Positions 48,770 to 58,783 are shown, counted from the stretch's first letter. The stretch is 64,000 bases of DNA from an uncultured Candidatus Saccharibacteria bacterium (GCA_964399865.1 CAYNRJ010000001.1:394050-458049); one strand, 5' to 3'. Program-made: numbers and translations. Notes: generated by a model from the sequence alone, not told the origin.

Positions 48770-49018
48770 GCTTTTTTAAGCCCAAAATCCCGCCAAAGTG
48801 GCGGGATGCTAGGGGCGACAGGTACGTCAAAGCCTGGGTGTTGAGACCAGGTGGGTTTCCGCAGCATTCACACCAAGGTATGAAGCAATATGAGAATCCC
48901 GAGACTTAAACAAGCAGGTTTAAGTACCAGCCGCTAAAAAGAAGTATATCACTTTATTTAAAATTACTGTGAACAGACTCCCTCCAGCCCCCTTCCCCAA
49001 TGCAAAAGTCGCTTCGGT
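48770..49018 (-). promoter_or_regulatory. ~250-nt structured non-coding leader. It ends in a terminator-like hairpin 18 nt before the start codon of the membrane-protein gene. Candidate riboswitch/attenuator.
   Basis: Several hairpins (atcccgcc/ggcgggat, cctgg/ccagg, acttaaa/tttaagt). In gene orientation, hairpin ggcgggat is followed by tttgggcttaaaaaa, then ATG. Confidence 0.3.
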
Positions 49019-49135
49019 ATGTGTTTGACGGAGACTAGCGAGCGCGGCGGCGCGAGCTCGAGGAATTTTTCAGCAGAAAAATATCCGTGCTCCGGAGAAT
49101 ACATACCGAAAAAGAGTTTTGCTTCTCCCCTATTC
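49019..49135. repeat. ~130-nt non-coding element, copy B (partner of 28511-28645)
   Basis: See copy A. Confidence 0.6.
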
Positions 49136-49753
49136 TAATATGCCGTCGAGGTTTACGTCGTAGAGGATCTTCTCGTGAATGATGCTGTAGTCAGTAAGCT
49201 CATTCGCCTTAAACCAATGATTGATCTCCATTGTAGCTTCCTCGGGAGAACCAGATGCGTGGACGAGATTTCTCACAGCGCGAGTGTCTGTGTCCGCCAT
49301 AGTGTACGAGTCGAGCACGTAGTCCCCTCGGATGGTTCCGACATCGGATGTAAGTGGCTCGGTACCACCTGTAATTTTACGAATGATCTTCACAGAGTGA
49401 GCTCCTTCCCACACCATGGCAACTACTGGGCCCGATGCGAGGTATTTCTTAAGATTGGCAAGGATCTTTGCAGTGATCTCGAGAGGATCAGTCGAAGGCG
49501 GAGTGAGACCTTTCTTTACATAACTTTCGATAGTCTTTTCACCAGTGACGCGGCGCCAATTCGGATCAAGTGTGTAGTGCGCTTCTACGTGAGCCTCTTC
49601 TGGAACTACCATCTTCATAGCAACTAACTTCAAGCCGACATTCTCAAATCGCTTGATGATCTCCCCTACTAACCCGCGCTGTACTCCGTCTGGTTTAATA
49701 ATGACGAGAGTGCGCTCTTCCTTCGGATGTGCGTTTTTAGTCATGGGCGACAC
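49130..49753 (-). CDS. ndk: Nucleoside diphosphate kinase with a ~50-aa C-terminal extension
   Basis: VIIKPDGVQRGLVGEII, catalytic His context NLVHASGS. Confidence 0.88.
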   Translation of the reverse strand: MSPMTKNAHPKEERTLVIIKPDGVQRGLVGEIIKRFENVGLKLVAMKMVVPEEAHVEAHYTLDPNWRRVTGEKTIESYVKKGLTPPSTDPLEITAKILANLKKYLASGPVVAMVWEGAHSVKIIRKITGGTEPLTSDVGTIRGDYVLDSYTMADTDTRAVRNLVHASGSPEEATMEINHWFKANELTDYSIIHEKILYDVNLDGILE

Positions 49754-49780
49754 TCTAACACGTTTCCGGTAGAGAGAAAA

Positions 49781-52600
49781 CTATTGGTAAAGCGGTGGCG
49801 GTACGTCCGCTGGGAGCGGTTTTGCCCCATAACTTGCATCGAATTTCTTTCGCATCTCTGATTCCACCTCTTCGCGATCTCGGCCATACGTACGATATGA
49901 AAGTTCCTTCAAGCCTGGTGTTATTGAATGATCCATCGGAGGCAGGTCCACGGTCTGAATGGAGAACGGTCTCGCCGGAACGCCATTTACGAGTAGCGAG
50001 AGAACGGCATGACGATTTGGGAGGTTCTCGATGTCAGGAGCATTAAAGGTAGGCTCGAATTGTTTCGCAAGGAATTCCGCATCAGTCGTACCTACGCGGA
50101 ACGCTGCTTTAGTACCCACGTTACCAATCACAGCATCACGTATCTTTTCATCAAGCTGCGCGATAAATTGGTGCGCAATAACGAGAGAGAGTTTGTATTT
50201 TCGAGCCTCGGAGAGAATTGTTCCGATCGATGGAGTTGCGAAGTTCTGGAACTCATCGATGTAGAGATAAAACGTCGGAAGATCACCTTTCGTATCTACA
50301 CGCGAGAACGCCGCTTGGAGGAATTTAGAAACGAGAATGAGGCCGAGGAGAGACGTGTTTCTATCTCCGAGCCGACCCTTTGAAAGATTGGCGAGGAATA
50401 TTTTCTTTCCATCCATGATCTCGCGGAAATCGAATGATGATTTTTCCTGCGAGACGATCGGTCGCATGATGTCATTCGTGAGGAATACGTCGAATTTACT
50501 GGTGATGTACGGCGCGACATTTTCAAGCGAAGGATCCCCTTGTGCTTGTTCCGCGATCTTTTTCCAAAATTGCACGATGATAGGATTCTTGCACTTTGAA
50601 AGTTTCAAGTTCCTAAATGCGGGATCTGCGAATACACGTGGTATCTCTACGAACGTGGAACCTGAATCTGGATCCTCAACCACAAGCTGCACGGCATTTC
50701 GGTAGTATTGCTCGAACATCGGACCGAATGCTTCCGGCACATCGGCATAGAGCTTACGGAAGATACCGTACACCTCATCAACCACGAATGTCTTCATCTC
50801 TGGTTTATTCCTGTCGTACTCGAGCATGTTGAGTCCCATCGGACGATCCGTGTAGGCAGGATCGAAGTAAATGACATCTTTCATGCGCTCCTGAGGAATA
50901 GAAGCAAGAATATCCTCGATATCGTTGCCGTGCGGATCGATAAAGGCAACACCTTCACCATTTTTTATGTCCTGAATGATCATGTTCTTGAGGAGACCCG
51001 TTTTACCTGTACCGGTTTGTCCTATGACATAGCAATGACGGAGTCGGTCCGGCGCAGCAAACTGGACTGGCCTCTCTTCTGCACCATATCGATTTACTCC
51101 TATGGTGATACCCTCCCCCGACATTTCCACCGGCGCAGGAGTTTGCTTTGCAAAACTTCTCTTCAATTCACGAGAGGTCGTTACGCGCTCTGCAGTGAAG
51201 TGGAAGATCGAGGTTATTTCTGCAAGCGAGAGCGGCATCGTGTACGAGTGATCAAAAATACGGTATGCAAAATCTCGCAAGAATTGCTGTTTGTGCCAAT
51301 TTGATACCTCTCGGAAAACGAGATGATTCCCCTTTGAGTCATCGTACTGACTGAACGGTGATATGAGATTCTGAAGAAGCGCGTCGGCTCTCTCCTTAGT
51401 CGGCGCAGAGGTGACAAGACGAATGGAGGTCGGTACTATACGGCTTTTAATTTTGCGTCCGATCTCTTCCGTCGCGACTTGGTCAGGTTGACGGCGGTAC
51501 GTGCGATCTTTATCTTCCTGTATCTCCTTCTCAGACTTGAACATTGTCTCCGTAAGATCATAGAACATCTCCCCAATAACACTTTCAGGTACTTTTAGCG
51601 CCCGATATAATCTTTTACCTCCCTCAAGACGTCGAAGGATCTTTTTATAATGCTTGTTATAGCGATCCCCTTCTGTCGACACCGTTATCTGGAGTGCTGC
51701 ACCTTCTCCGTGCTTCGCGATCTTAGCGAATGCAGCAAGGAGAATGTTCATCGGATCATGCTCGAACATTTCCGGCGTCTTCAAAGGATATGCCGGATTT
51801 TCATACAAAGTCGCATACGCAGCAGCGTGCACGCCCTCGTAATTAAAGATGTTGTAATCCTCTCTCTCCTCTGAAATACGGGCGTTCGGGAAGACTGAGG
51901 AAATGAGACGCTCCGCCAGATCTTTCTTTTTTCGCGGCACTGCAAGATATAAAATGGCTGACTCAGTCCCATCGGGAACTGCGATTTCTAGAGAAAATCC
52001 TTCGCGCTTAGTGATAAGGGAGACCAGTCCTGCATATAATTGCTCCGAGGAAGCAAGGATCTCCTGTAATTTCATCTGGCGAGACTCCTCTTTCCCGCGT
52101 TCACTGTGTGCCTGCGGATCTATTGTGAAAAGCACCAACTCCAGCGCTCGGCGAATGCGTTCTGGCGCGTGTTTTCCGCCTTGTGGGAGACCTTCGGCAA
52201 TATAGCGCACCAGTACGCGGTGTAGATCGTCTTCGAGGTGAGGATTTTTCATGCGCGCAACGATTGAAAGAGCGTTCTTTATGCCATGCTGTGTGACAAT
52301 CTTAAGAAGTTCGTCCATCTGTACATCGTGCTCCTCTGGTTCGAGTTTCAAGACATTTCGAAGAATGTCATGCTCAGCCATAATGACCTCCTCATGGAGA
52401 ATGGTTGCGGGGTGTGCTTCAGCATAGGTGGCGACTTCTCTCTTTGCGATGCGATCACTCTCAAAACGACTGGGCGCTGTCTCAATCTCCTCTTCTTTTT
52501 CGCGAACGCGATCACGCAAATACGCGAGCTCCTCTTGAGGAGATTTGAATTTTTCTTGTGGACTCGTCGCACGAGTACGCTCGATGGACAGAGGAGGCAT
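49781..52600 (-). CDS. Large P-loop NTPase (939 aa) of the VirB4/TraG/HerA-FtsK-like DNA/protein-translocation ATPase superfamily
   Basis: Walker A VIGQTGTGKTG, FIDPHG, Walker B FYLYIDEFQNF, and an arginine-finger-like SEARKYKLSLVIAHQ. Long soluble N-terminal region, no TM. Confidence 0.65.
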   Translation of the reverse strand: MPPLSIERTRATSPQEKFKSPQEELAYLRDRVREKEEEIETAPSRFESDRIAKREVATYAEAHPATILHEEVIMAEHDILRNVLKLEPEEHDVQMDELLKIVTQHGIKNALSIVARMKNPHLEDDLHRVLVRYIAEGLPQGGKHAPERIRRALELVLFTIDPQAHSERGKEESRQMKLQEILASSEQLYAGLVSLITKREGFSLEIAVPDGTESAILYLAVPRKKKDLAERLISSVFPNARISEEREDYNIFNYEGVHAAAYATLYENPAYPLKTPEMFEHDPMNILLAAFAKIAKHGEGAALQITVSTEGDRYNKHYKKILRRLEGGKRLYRALKVPESVIGEMFYDLTETMFKSEKEIQEDKDRTYRRQPDQVATEEIGRKIKSRIVPTSIRLVTSAPTKERADALLQNLISPFSQYDDSKGNHLVFREVSNWHKQQFLRDFAYRIFDHSYTMPLSLAEITSIFHFTAERVTTSRELKRSFAKQTPAPVEMSGEGITIGVNRYGAEERPVQFAAPDRLRHCYVIGQTGTGKTGLLKNMIIQDIKNGEGVAFIDPHGNDIEDILASIPQERMKDVIYFDPAYTDRPMGLNMLEYDRNKPEMKTFVVDEVYGIFRKLYADVPEAFGPMFEQYYRNAVQLVVEDPDSGSTFVEIPRVFADPAFRNLKLSKCKNPIIVQFWKKIAEQAQGDPSLENVAPYITSKFDVFLTNDIMRPIVSQEKSSFDFREIMDGKKIFLANLSKGRLGDRNTSLLGLILVSKFLQAAFSRVDTKGDLPTFYLYIDEFQNFATPSIGTILSEARKYKLSLVIAHQFIAQLDEKIRDAVIGNVGTKAAFRVGTTDAEFLAKQFEPTFNAPDIENLPNRHAVLSLLVNGVPARPFSIQTVDLPPMDHSITPGLKELSYRTYGRDREEVESEMRKKFDASYGAKPLPADVPPPLYQ

Positions 52601-52681
52601 GTTGAAAATTATACCGCATAAAAGAGAAGAGCCGCCCGAGTGGACGCGAACACATGTTCGGGCGTCTCCTCTCGTAGCGGC

Positions 52682-53071
52682 TCAGCGGCGGAAGCGGAAG
52701 CGGAACCAGAATCCAGGGGTCCGTAGCACGAACCTTACCATTGCGGTTGGGCTATCGCCGTTCGGCGTGCTCGGACACAAAATAGTTGTGGAAAAGGTAA
52801 TTAGTGCTCGCTCGGGGAAATCTGGGACATCCTCCACGACAACATCGTGCTCCGCCCACATGGCACAATGAAAGAGATCGTTCACGTCGACCGTTACGTA
52901 TCGCTGCTTGTTTCTCACTGCCTCCTTTATGTAGCGCCGGAACGACCGAGCAAGGGCAATTCTAGCCTGTTGGTTGTTTACCTTATCCGTCTCTCGAACA
53001 GTGGGGCCGGTAGGCATCGGTATTTCCCTTACCACCTCTGACACAAGCGGAGGCCCGCTCTCGTCCTTCAT
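52682..53071 (-). CDS. Hypothetical protein
   Basis: ORF only. Confidence 0.3.
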   Translation of the reverse strand: MKDESGPPLVSEVVREIPMPTGPTVRETDKVNNQQARIALARSFRRYIKEAVRNKQRYVTVDVNDLFHCAMWAEHDVVVEDVPDFPERALITFSTTILCPSTPNGDSPTAMVRFVLRTPGFWFRFRFRR

Positions 53072-53133
53072 TTTGAGTCCCTCTTCTCATGCCACAACGT
53101 GCGTGTGACACCGCCGCAACTATACAATAAAGA

Positions 53134-54408
53134 TTACTTGAATGCTTTTGCGCCTATATCACGTCGGAAATACATACCCTCAAAATGAATCTTCCCTGTC
53201 GCTTCGTAGGCTCTACTGAGCGCTTCTTTGAGTGTGTCGCCGACAGCAGAGACACCCAAGACTCGCCCGCCTGAGGTTACAATCTTACCGTTCGTCAGAG
53301 TTACCCCCGCGTGGAACACCATCACTCCAGGAATTTTCTCTGCTTCTTCAATGCCCGTTATAGGAAATCCTTTTTCATAGGTATCAGGATAGCCACCAGA
53401 GCAAAGCACAATGTTTACAGCAAATCCTGGATTCCACTCCACTTTCACCGTGTCGAGTTTTCCGTCGGTTGATGCCTCCAGAAGTTCAAGGAGATCACTT
53501 TTCATAAGACGCATGTATGTCTGACACTCGGGATCTCCGAAACGTGCATTGAATTCCAATACCTTTGGTCCTTTTGAAGACATTTTGAGTCCCGGATATA
53601 AAAGCCCGACGAACGGATTTCCTTTCTGCGCGAGCGCAGCGAGGGTCGGCGTAACAACATTCTTTTCAATATCTCCGAGCGCTTCCGTAGAGACCCATGG
53701 CACTGGAAGGATTACTCCCATTCCCCCAGTGTTCTTCCCGGTATCACTTTCACCGACTGGCTTATGATCCTGCGATGGCGGGAACATGATATGCGTCTTT
53801 CCATCCGAAAGTGCGTGGATCGATACTTCTTGGCCGTCGAGATATTCTTCTATAACGACTTCGTTCCCTGCATCACTAAACGCACGATCAAGCATTATTT
53901 CCTTGAGGGCAGTCTCTGCCTCTTCTACGGACTGACACACGTACACCCCTTTCCCAAGAGCGAGCCCGCTCGCTTTTACTACTATTGGCGCACCTTTTTC
54001 TCTGACATAGGAGAGCGCTTTTTCATGATCAGTAAATACTCCAAATTCGGCGGTGGGAATTCCCGCCTCACGCATTAGCTCTTTTGAAAAGGCTTTTGAT
54101 CCTTCGATTTGAGCGGCGGCTTTACTTGGTCCCCACACACGTAAACCTCGTGCTTTAAATACATCTACTATTCCGCCGGCGAGAGGATCGTCGGGCCCGA
54201 TAACAGTAAGACCAATCTTTTTTTCTGCTGCAAAGTCCGCTAATTTTTCAAACTCTTTTACAGATATCGATACGTTCTCTCCGAGGAGTGCTGTACCACT
54301 GTTTCCTGGAGCAATGTAGAGTTTCCCCAATTTTGGCGATTGTTTTAATTTCCACGCGAGCGAGTGCTCTCGTCCACCACTCCCTACGATGAGTACGTCC
54401 ACTGACAT
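53134..54408 (-). CDS. purD: Phosphoribosylamine--glycine ligase
   Basis: MSVDVLIVGSGGREHSLAWKL N-terminus and ATP-grasp blocks. Confidence 0.92.
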   Translation of the reverse strand: MSVDVLIVGSGGREHSLAWKLKQSPKLGKLYIAPGNSGTALLGENVSISVKEFEKLADFAAEKKIGLTVIGPDDPLAGGIVDVFKARGLRVWGPSKAAAQIEGSKAFSKELMREAGIPTAEFGVFTDHEKALSYVREKGAPIVVKASGLALGKGVYVCQSVEEAETALKEIMLDRAFSDAGNEVVIEEYLDGQEVSIHALSDGKTHIMFPPSQDHKPVGESDTGKNTGGMGVILPVPWVSTEALGDIEKNVVTPTLAALAQKGNPFVGLLYPGLKMSSKGPKVLEFNARFGDPECQTYMRLMKSDLLELLEASTDGKLDTVKVEWNPGFAVNIVLCSGGYPDTYEKGFPITGIEEAEKIPGVMVFHAGVTLTNGKIVTSGGRVLGVSAVGDTLKEALSRAYEATGKIHFEGMYFRRDIGAKAFK

Positions 54409-54422
54409 GGGCGCATTCTACT

Positions 54423-55190
54423 CTATTCTCTAGTCAAAATCTCTGGGCCGTCTTTGGTTATAAGAACTGTATCTTCCGAGTGCGCGGTACGAGAACCGTC
54501 CTTTGTGCGATAGGAGTGACCGTCTTTGTCAATATACAGATCACCACTTCCAAGTGTCATCATTGGTTCAATCGCTATAACTAGACCCTCTTCAAGCTCT
54601 GTGCCGCTTTTTGGTGCCCCGTAATTCGGGACATACGGCTCCTCATGAACTGCCTTGCCAACGCCATGACCGGAAAGATTCTTCGGGAATCCGAATTTAT
54701 ATTTCGCTGCGACCCGCTCGACAGCGTGTCCTATATCCCCCGTGGTATTCCCTACCTTCGCTTCTTTTATCCCGGCATCAAGTGCTTCCTGTGTACCTTT
54801 CACTAAACGAATATCTTCTGGTGAACCTTTCCCGACGATTACCGTACGTGCGTGATCAGTGAAGAGTCCTTTGTGTTTGATACCGAAATCGATACACACA
54901 ACATCTCCTTCTTGGAACACCGCACCGTTCTCACTCGCTGGCGAGTGGACTATGACATCGTTCACTGAGACGCAAAGACCTGACGGATATCCTTCCCTAT
55001 CTTTCCTCCCCTTGTATCCGAAAAATGCCATGGTGTCGCCATCCTTTGCAACCATTTCGCGGGCTTTTTCTTCAAGTTCGAATGCCGTCACACCGACTTT
55101 CGCCATTTCACAGAGCGTGCGGACGTGTCGCGCCAAACGCTTTCCCCCTTCGCGTAGTATCGCTATTTCTTCCTTTGTTCGCGCGATCAT
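54423..55190 (-). CDS. map: Methionine aminopeptidase type I
   Basis: Pita-bread fold metal ligands (D..D..H..E..E). The start is trimmed to MIARTKEE, which overlaps the adk stop by 4 nt. Confidence 0.88.
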   Translation of the reverse strand: MIARTKEEIAILREGGKRLARHVRTLCEMAKVGVTAFELEEKAREMVAKDGDTMAFFGYKGRKDREGYPSGLCVSVNDVIVHSPASENGAVFQEGDVVCIDFGIKHKGLFTDHARTVIVGKGSPEDIRLVKGTQEALDAGIKEAKVGNTTGDIGHAVERVAAKYKFGFPKNLSGHGVGKAVHEEPYVPNYGAPKSGTELEEGLVIAIEPMMTLGSGDLYIDKDGHSYRTKDGSRTAHSEDTVLITKDGPEILTRE

Positions 55191-55783
55191 TTTGAGAGAT
55201 TCAAAGCTCCTAGAATATTCTTGTGGATCTCCTCTACCGTTGGTTCGCCATCTATCTCGTGTACATTCCATCCGAGCTTGCGCAGTTCGTTTATCGAGGG
55301 GACAACATGCTCTTCGTACCATGCGAAACGACTAGCCAAGACCTCCTCTTTTGCGTCATCATAGCGGCCACGTGCGATGAGACGCTTCTTAGCTGATTCA
55401 GGGGTGAGCGTGAGCACGATCGCGTGTAGATCAGTTCTCTCCCAGAGACGCATCATCTCATCGACTGCTCGTGATTGGTCCGGTCTTCGGCAGGTGCCAT
55501 CGAGAATTGCGTGTTCTGAGCCAGTAAACGATGTATTGAGAATACCGGTAAGAAGATATATCGGAATAAACGAAGGTACGAGTTTCCCCGCTGCGAGAAT
55601 ATCGTTCACATGGGAGCCGAGCGATGTCCCATTTTTCATAAACTCGCGAAGAAGACTGCCCATCTCTGGTCGCACGACAGGACGTGAAGGATCATTCTCC
55701 TTGAGGAACTTTTCAAGAAGATCGCACTGCGTCCCTTTACCGGAACCGGAAATACCAAAAAAAGCTACGGTGACTGGTGACAT
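55187..55783 (-). CDS. adk: Adenylate kinase
   Basis: FFGISGSGKGTQC P-loop, LID and NMP regions. Confidence 0.9.
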   Translation of the reverse strand: MSPVTVAFFGISGSGKGTQCDLLEKFLKENDPSRPVVRPEMGSLLREFMKNGTSLGSHVNDILAAGKLVPSFIPIYLLTGILNTSFTGSEHAILDGTCRRPDQSRAVDEMMRLWERTDLHAIVLTLTPESAKKRLIARGRYDDAKEEVLASRFAWYEEHVVPSINELRKLGWNVHEIDGEPTVEEIHKNILGALNLSK

Positions 55784-55785
55784 AA

Positions 55786-56382
55786 TTATTGGAGATTGTA
55801 TCCTTCTTTTTTCAGTATTGCTACGATACGCTCGGCTGTTTCAGTGAGCATTCCGTCGGCATTCACAACTCGGTAGTCGTACTGAGGAGCATGTACACGT
55901 AACTCCTCCTCGGTGATTTGCATGCGCTCTTCGAATTCTTTATGAGACCACTCCGGCGAACGAGATCGGAGGCGCATTTTAAACTGCCCGATAGATTCAG
56001 GCATGATGAATATCGTCACTGCGTTGTATTTCTTCTTTAAATACTTAGCTCCTTCGATATCTACCTGTGCAAAAACCAACTTTCCCTCTGCTACCTGCTT
56101 CTCGAGATCCGGTATATAGGTACCGTAATAGGTACCAAGCCCGGGGACAAAACGGTGCTCTGGAATATTCCCTGCGGAGAGCTCTTGATCAAATTTCTCT
56201 TGAGAAAGGAAATGGTAATCAACGCCATCCACTTCATTTGGTCTCTTTGCACGAGTCGTTGCGGTGACAAGTCGTGAGATCTTAGGATACTTTTTCTGTA
56301 TCTCGCTGATGATCGCGTTCTTTCCGCTCCCGGAAGGCCCTGCGATAACTACCACTCGTCGTCCGCCGGCCGTCACAGTCAT
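55786..56382 (-). CDS. gmk: Guanylate kinase
   Basis: GPSGSGK P-loop, TTRAKRPNEVDGVDYHF GMP-binding block. Aligns to E. coli Gmk throughout. Confidence 0.85.
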   Translation of the reverse strand: MTVTAGGRRVVVIAGPSGSGKNAIISEIQKKYPKISRLVTATTRAKRPNEVDGVDYHFLSQEKFDQELSAGNIPEHRFVPGLGTYYGTYIPDLEKQVAEGKLVFAQVDIEGAKYLKKKYNAVTIFIMPESIGQFKMRLRSRSPEWSHKEFEERMQITEEELRVHAPQYDYRVVNADGMLTETAERIVAILKKEGYNLQ

Positions 56383-56386
56383 GCGT

Positions 56387-57661
56387 TTAATATTCTCTTA
56401 TAGAGGTTTGTGCGTCAATTTTCTTGACCACATCGAGAACGACAGATACTGCGATGAGAAGCGCGGTGCCACCGATTGTGAGTGTGGTGATACCTGTGAC
56501 GCCCTGCAGAATGATAGGAAGGACAGCAAGGGTGCCAAGGAAGAGTGCGCCCACGAGCGTGATGCGCGTGATGATGTTACCGAGGTATTCAGAGGTGGTA
56601 TCTCCCGGACGTACCCCTGGAACGAATGCTCCATTCTTCTGAAGATTCTTCGCGATCTGATTCGGCTCGAACGTAATGGCTGTGTAGAAGTACGTAAAGA
56701 TAAAGACGAGCGCGAAATAGAGTGCGCCGTAAATCCAGTTGTTTGCGAGACCATTTACAACAGATTGCGCAGGACCTGCGATCCAACTTGCAGAGCTCTG
56801 CGCTAGAAACGTGGCGAGCATCTGTGGGAAAAGAAGGAACGACAACGCGAAGATAATTGGCATGACGCCTGACTGATTTACACGGATAGGAAGGTACGTT
56901 GATACGCCGCCGAGCACCTTCATGCCGCGCACTCTCTTAGCGTAGGTAACGGGAATTGGACGTTCAGCTTCTGTAATAAAGACAACACCAGCCGTAATAA
57001 CGAGAGCTGCAACACCAAAGGCGATGTATACAGGGAGTTGAGACACATCGAATGAGAAGAAGAATTGTGCAGCTGCAGAAGGAAGGGACGCCACGATACC
57101 GGCAAAGATGAGAAGAGAGATGCCGTTACCAATACCAAATTCCGTAATAAGTTCACCGATCCACATAAGGAGAAGTGCGCCCGCGGCGACCATTACTACG
57201 TTTGCTGCGAAGTGCAACATATCGAGATCTGGAAGAATGCCGTTCTGACGCAAGAGAATGAGGAAACCGAACGCTTGGATGAATGCGAGTGGAACTGTTA
57301 GGTAGCGAGAATATTGTGTGAAGCGCGCACGACCCGCATCCCCTTCTTCTTGGTACATAGTCTTGAGTTTAGGAAAGAGGACCGTTGAGAGCTGCATAAC
57401 GATCGAGGCAGTAATATACGGCGTAACACCGATCATCATGATCGAGAGATTTGAAAAGCCTCCTCCGGAGAAGATGTTGAGGAGCCCAAGGAATTGGTTG
57501 TTGCCAAGATAGTTCTGGAGCTCAGCGACGTTAATACCTGGTACTGGAATAGCCGCGAGAAGTCGGAAAACGATGAGAGCAGCAAGAACGAAGAGGACGC
57601 GATTACGGAGAGTCTCGTCTTCAATGATGAGTCTTATTTTTCGTACGAATTTTTCCCACAT
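56387..57661 (-). CDS. secY: Preprotein translocase subunit SecY
   Basis: 10-TM SecY with conserved blocks. Position after rplO. Confidence 0.95.
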   Translation of the reverse strand: MWEKFVRKIRLIIEDETLRNRVLFVLAALIVFRLLAAIPVPGINVAELQNYLGNNQFLGLLNIFSGGGFSNLSIMMIGVTPYITASIVMQLSTVLFPKLKTMYQEEGDAGRARFTQYSRYLTVPLAFIQAFGFLILLRQNGILPDLDMLHFAANVVMVAAGALLLMWIGELITEFGIGNGISLLIFAGIVASLPSAAAQFFFSFDVSQLPVYIAFGVAALVITAGVVFITEAERPIPVTYAKRVRGMKVLGGVSTYLPIRVNQSGVMPIIFALSFLLFPQMLATFLAQSSASWIAGPAQSVVNGLANNWIYGALYFALVFIFTYFYTAITFEPNQIAKNLQKNGAFVPGVRPGDTTSEYLGNIITRITLVGALFLGTLAVLPIILQGVTGITTLTIGGTALLIAVSVVLDVVKKIDAQTSIREY

Positions 57662-57662
57662 G

Positions 57663-58139
57663 TTAGTTCTTCTTGGCCGACTCTACAGGAGCTAGGTCAA
57701 TCGTACCACCCGCTTTCTCGATAGCAGCGCGGGCTCCTGCAGAAACCTGGACGCCCTTCAGGGTGTACTTCTTCTCTGCAGTGCCACCGCCCACTATCTT
57801 GAAGATAGGCATTTTTCTGCGAGTGTGGATCGCAAGCTCTTTTGCAAGAGTCGCTGGAGTTATATCCGACTTTCCATCCGCTAGTTTTGCAAGTCTCTCG
57901 AGCGCTATAGGAATTGCGCGAGCACGATCGCCGATAACGGTGCGTCCACGGTTCTTACCGTATCCACGACGCTTTGGAAGTTTCTTGATGATGTCACGAA
58001 GCTCTGGGCGCTTCTTGTTACCAGCACGCGCGGTCTGTCCTTTTCCACCACGGCCAGATGTCTTACCGCGCTTTCCGCCTCGTCCCACTCGCCTACTTGC
58101 GCGAGCACCTGTTCTCTTCAATTGATTGAGTGTTGCCAT
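57663..58139 (-). CDS. rplO: 50S ribosomal protein L15
   Basis: MATLNQLKRTGARASRRVGRGGKRGKTSGRG. Confidence 0.9.
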   Translation of the reverse strand: MATLNQLKRTGARASRRVGRGGKRGKTSGRGGKGQTARAGNKKRPELRDIIKKLPKRRGYGKNRGRTVIGDRARAIPIALERLAKLADGKSDITPATLAKELAIHTRRKMPIFKIVGGGTAEKKYTLKGVQVSAGARAAIEKAGGTIDLAPVESAKKN

Positions 58140-58144
58140 AAATA

Positions 58145-58774
58145 TTATTTCTTTGAAACCTGACGAAGTGCTTCGATGGCTGCACGAGCGTTGTTGATAG
58201 GGTTTTTGCTTCGTGAGAGAAGTTTTGCAGTCACGTCGGAAACACCGCCGAGCTCGAGGACAGCACGCACTGAGGAACCTGCGACGAGTCCGCGTCCAAG
58301 AGATGGGCGGATCTCTATAACAGATGCGCAGTACTTCGCTTCAATGTTGTGTTTGATGCTTCGATTCTTTGTGAGGTCGATAGTGACCATGTTGCGCTTC
58401 GCATCGCGTGTTGCTTTTTCAATTGCGAGCGCGGTATCCATAGCCTTTCCAAGACCTACTCCTACGCGACCCTTCTTGTCACCGATGACGATAGCTGCAC
58501 TGAAGTTGAATCGGCGACCTCCCGCCATAACACGGGCAACACGGCGGATACCTATCATCTTTTGAGCAAACTCGCTGCGACGCTCATCACGTCCACCACG
58601 AGGTCCTCCGCGACGATCCCCTCCTCCACGGCGGTTTCCCCCTGCACCACGACGATCGCGAGGAGATTTCGCATCCTCTTTAACAGGAAGTGCAGTAGCC
58701 TCTTCGGCAACCTCAACCGTAGCTTCCTCTCCCGGAATTACTACCTCTTCTTCTGTTTTGATTGGATCAGTCAT
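58145..58774 (-). CDS. rpsE: 30S ribosomal protein S5 with an Arg/Gly-rich N-terminal extension
   Basis: S5 dsRBD and C-domain blocks (IGIRRVARVMAGGRRF...GLVAGSSVRAVLELGGV). Confidence 0.9.
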   Translation of the reverse strand: MTDPIKTEEEVVIPGEEATVEVAEEATALPVKEDAKSPRDRRGAGGNRRGGGDRRGGPRGGRDERRSEFAQKMIGIRRVARVMAGGRRFNFSAAIVIGDKKGRVGVGLGKAMDTALAIEKATRDAKRNMVTIDLTKNRSIKHNIEAKYCASVIEIRPSLGRGLVAGSSVRAVLELGGVSDVTAKLLSRSKNPINNARAAIEALRQVSKK

Positions 58775-58783
58775 ATATGTAAA

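Noticed and set aside
48790-48850. Resemblance of gtacgtcaaagcctgggtg to the c-di-GMP-I (GEMM) riboswitch core
   Set aside because: The match is on the plus strand, where there is no downstream gene. The GGCAAACC element and P1/P2 architecture are not evident. Kept only as an unassigned structured leader.
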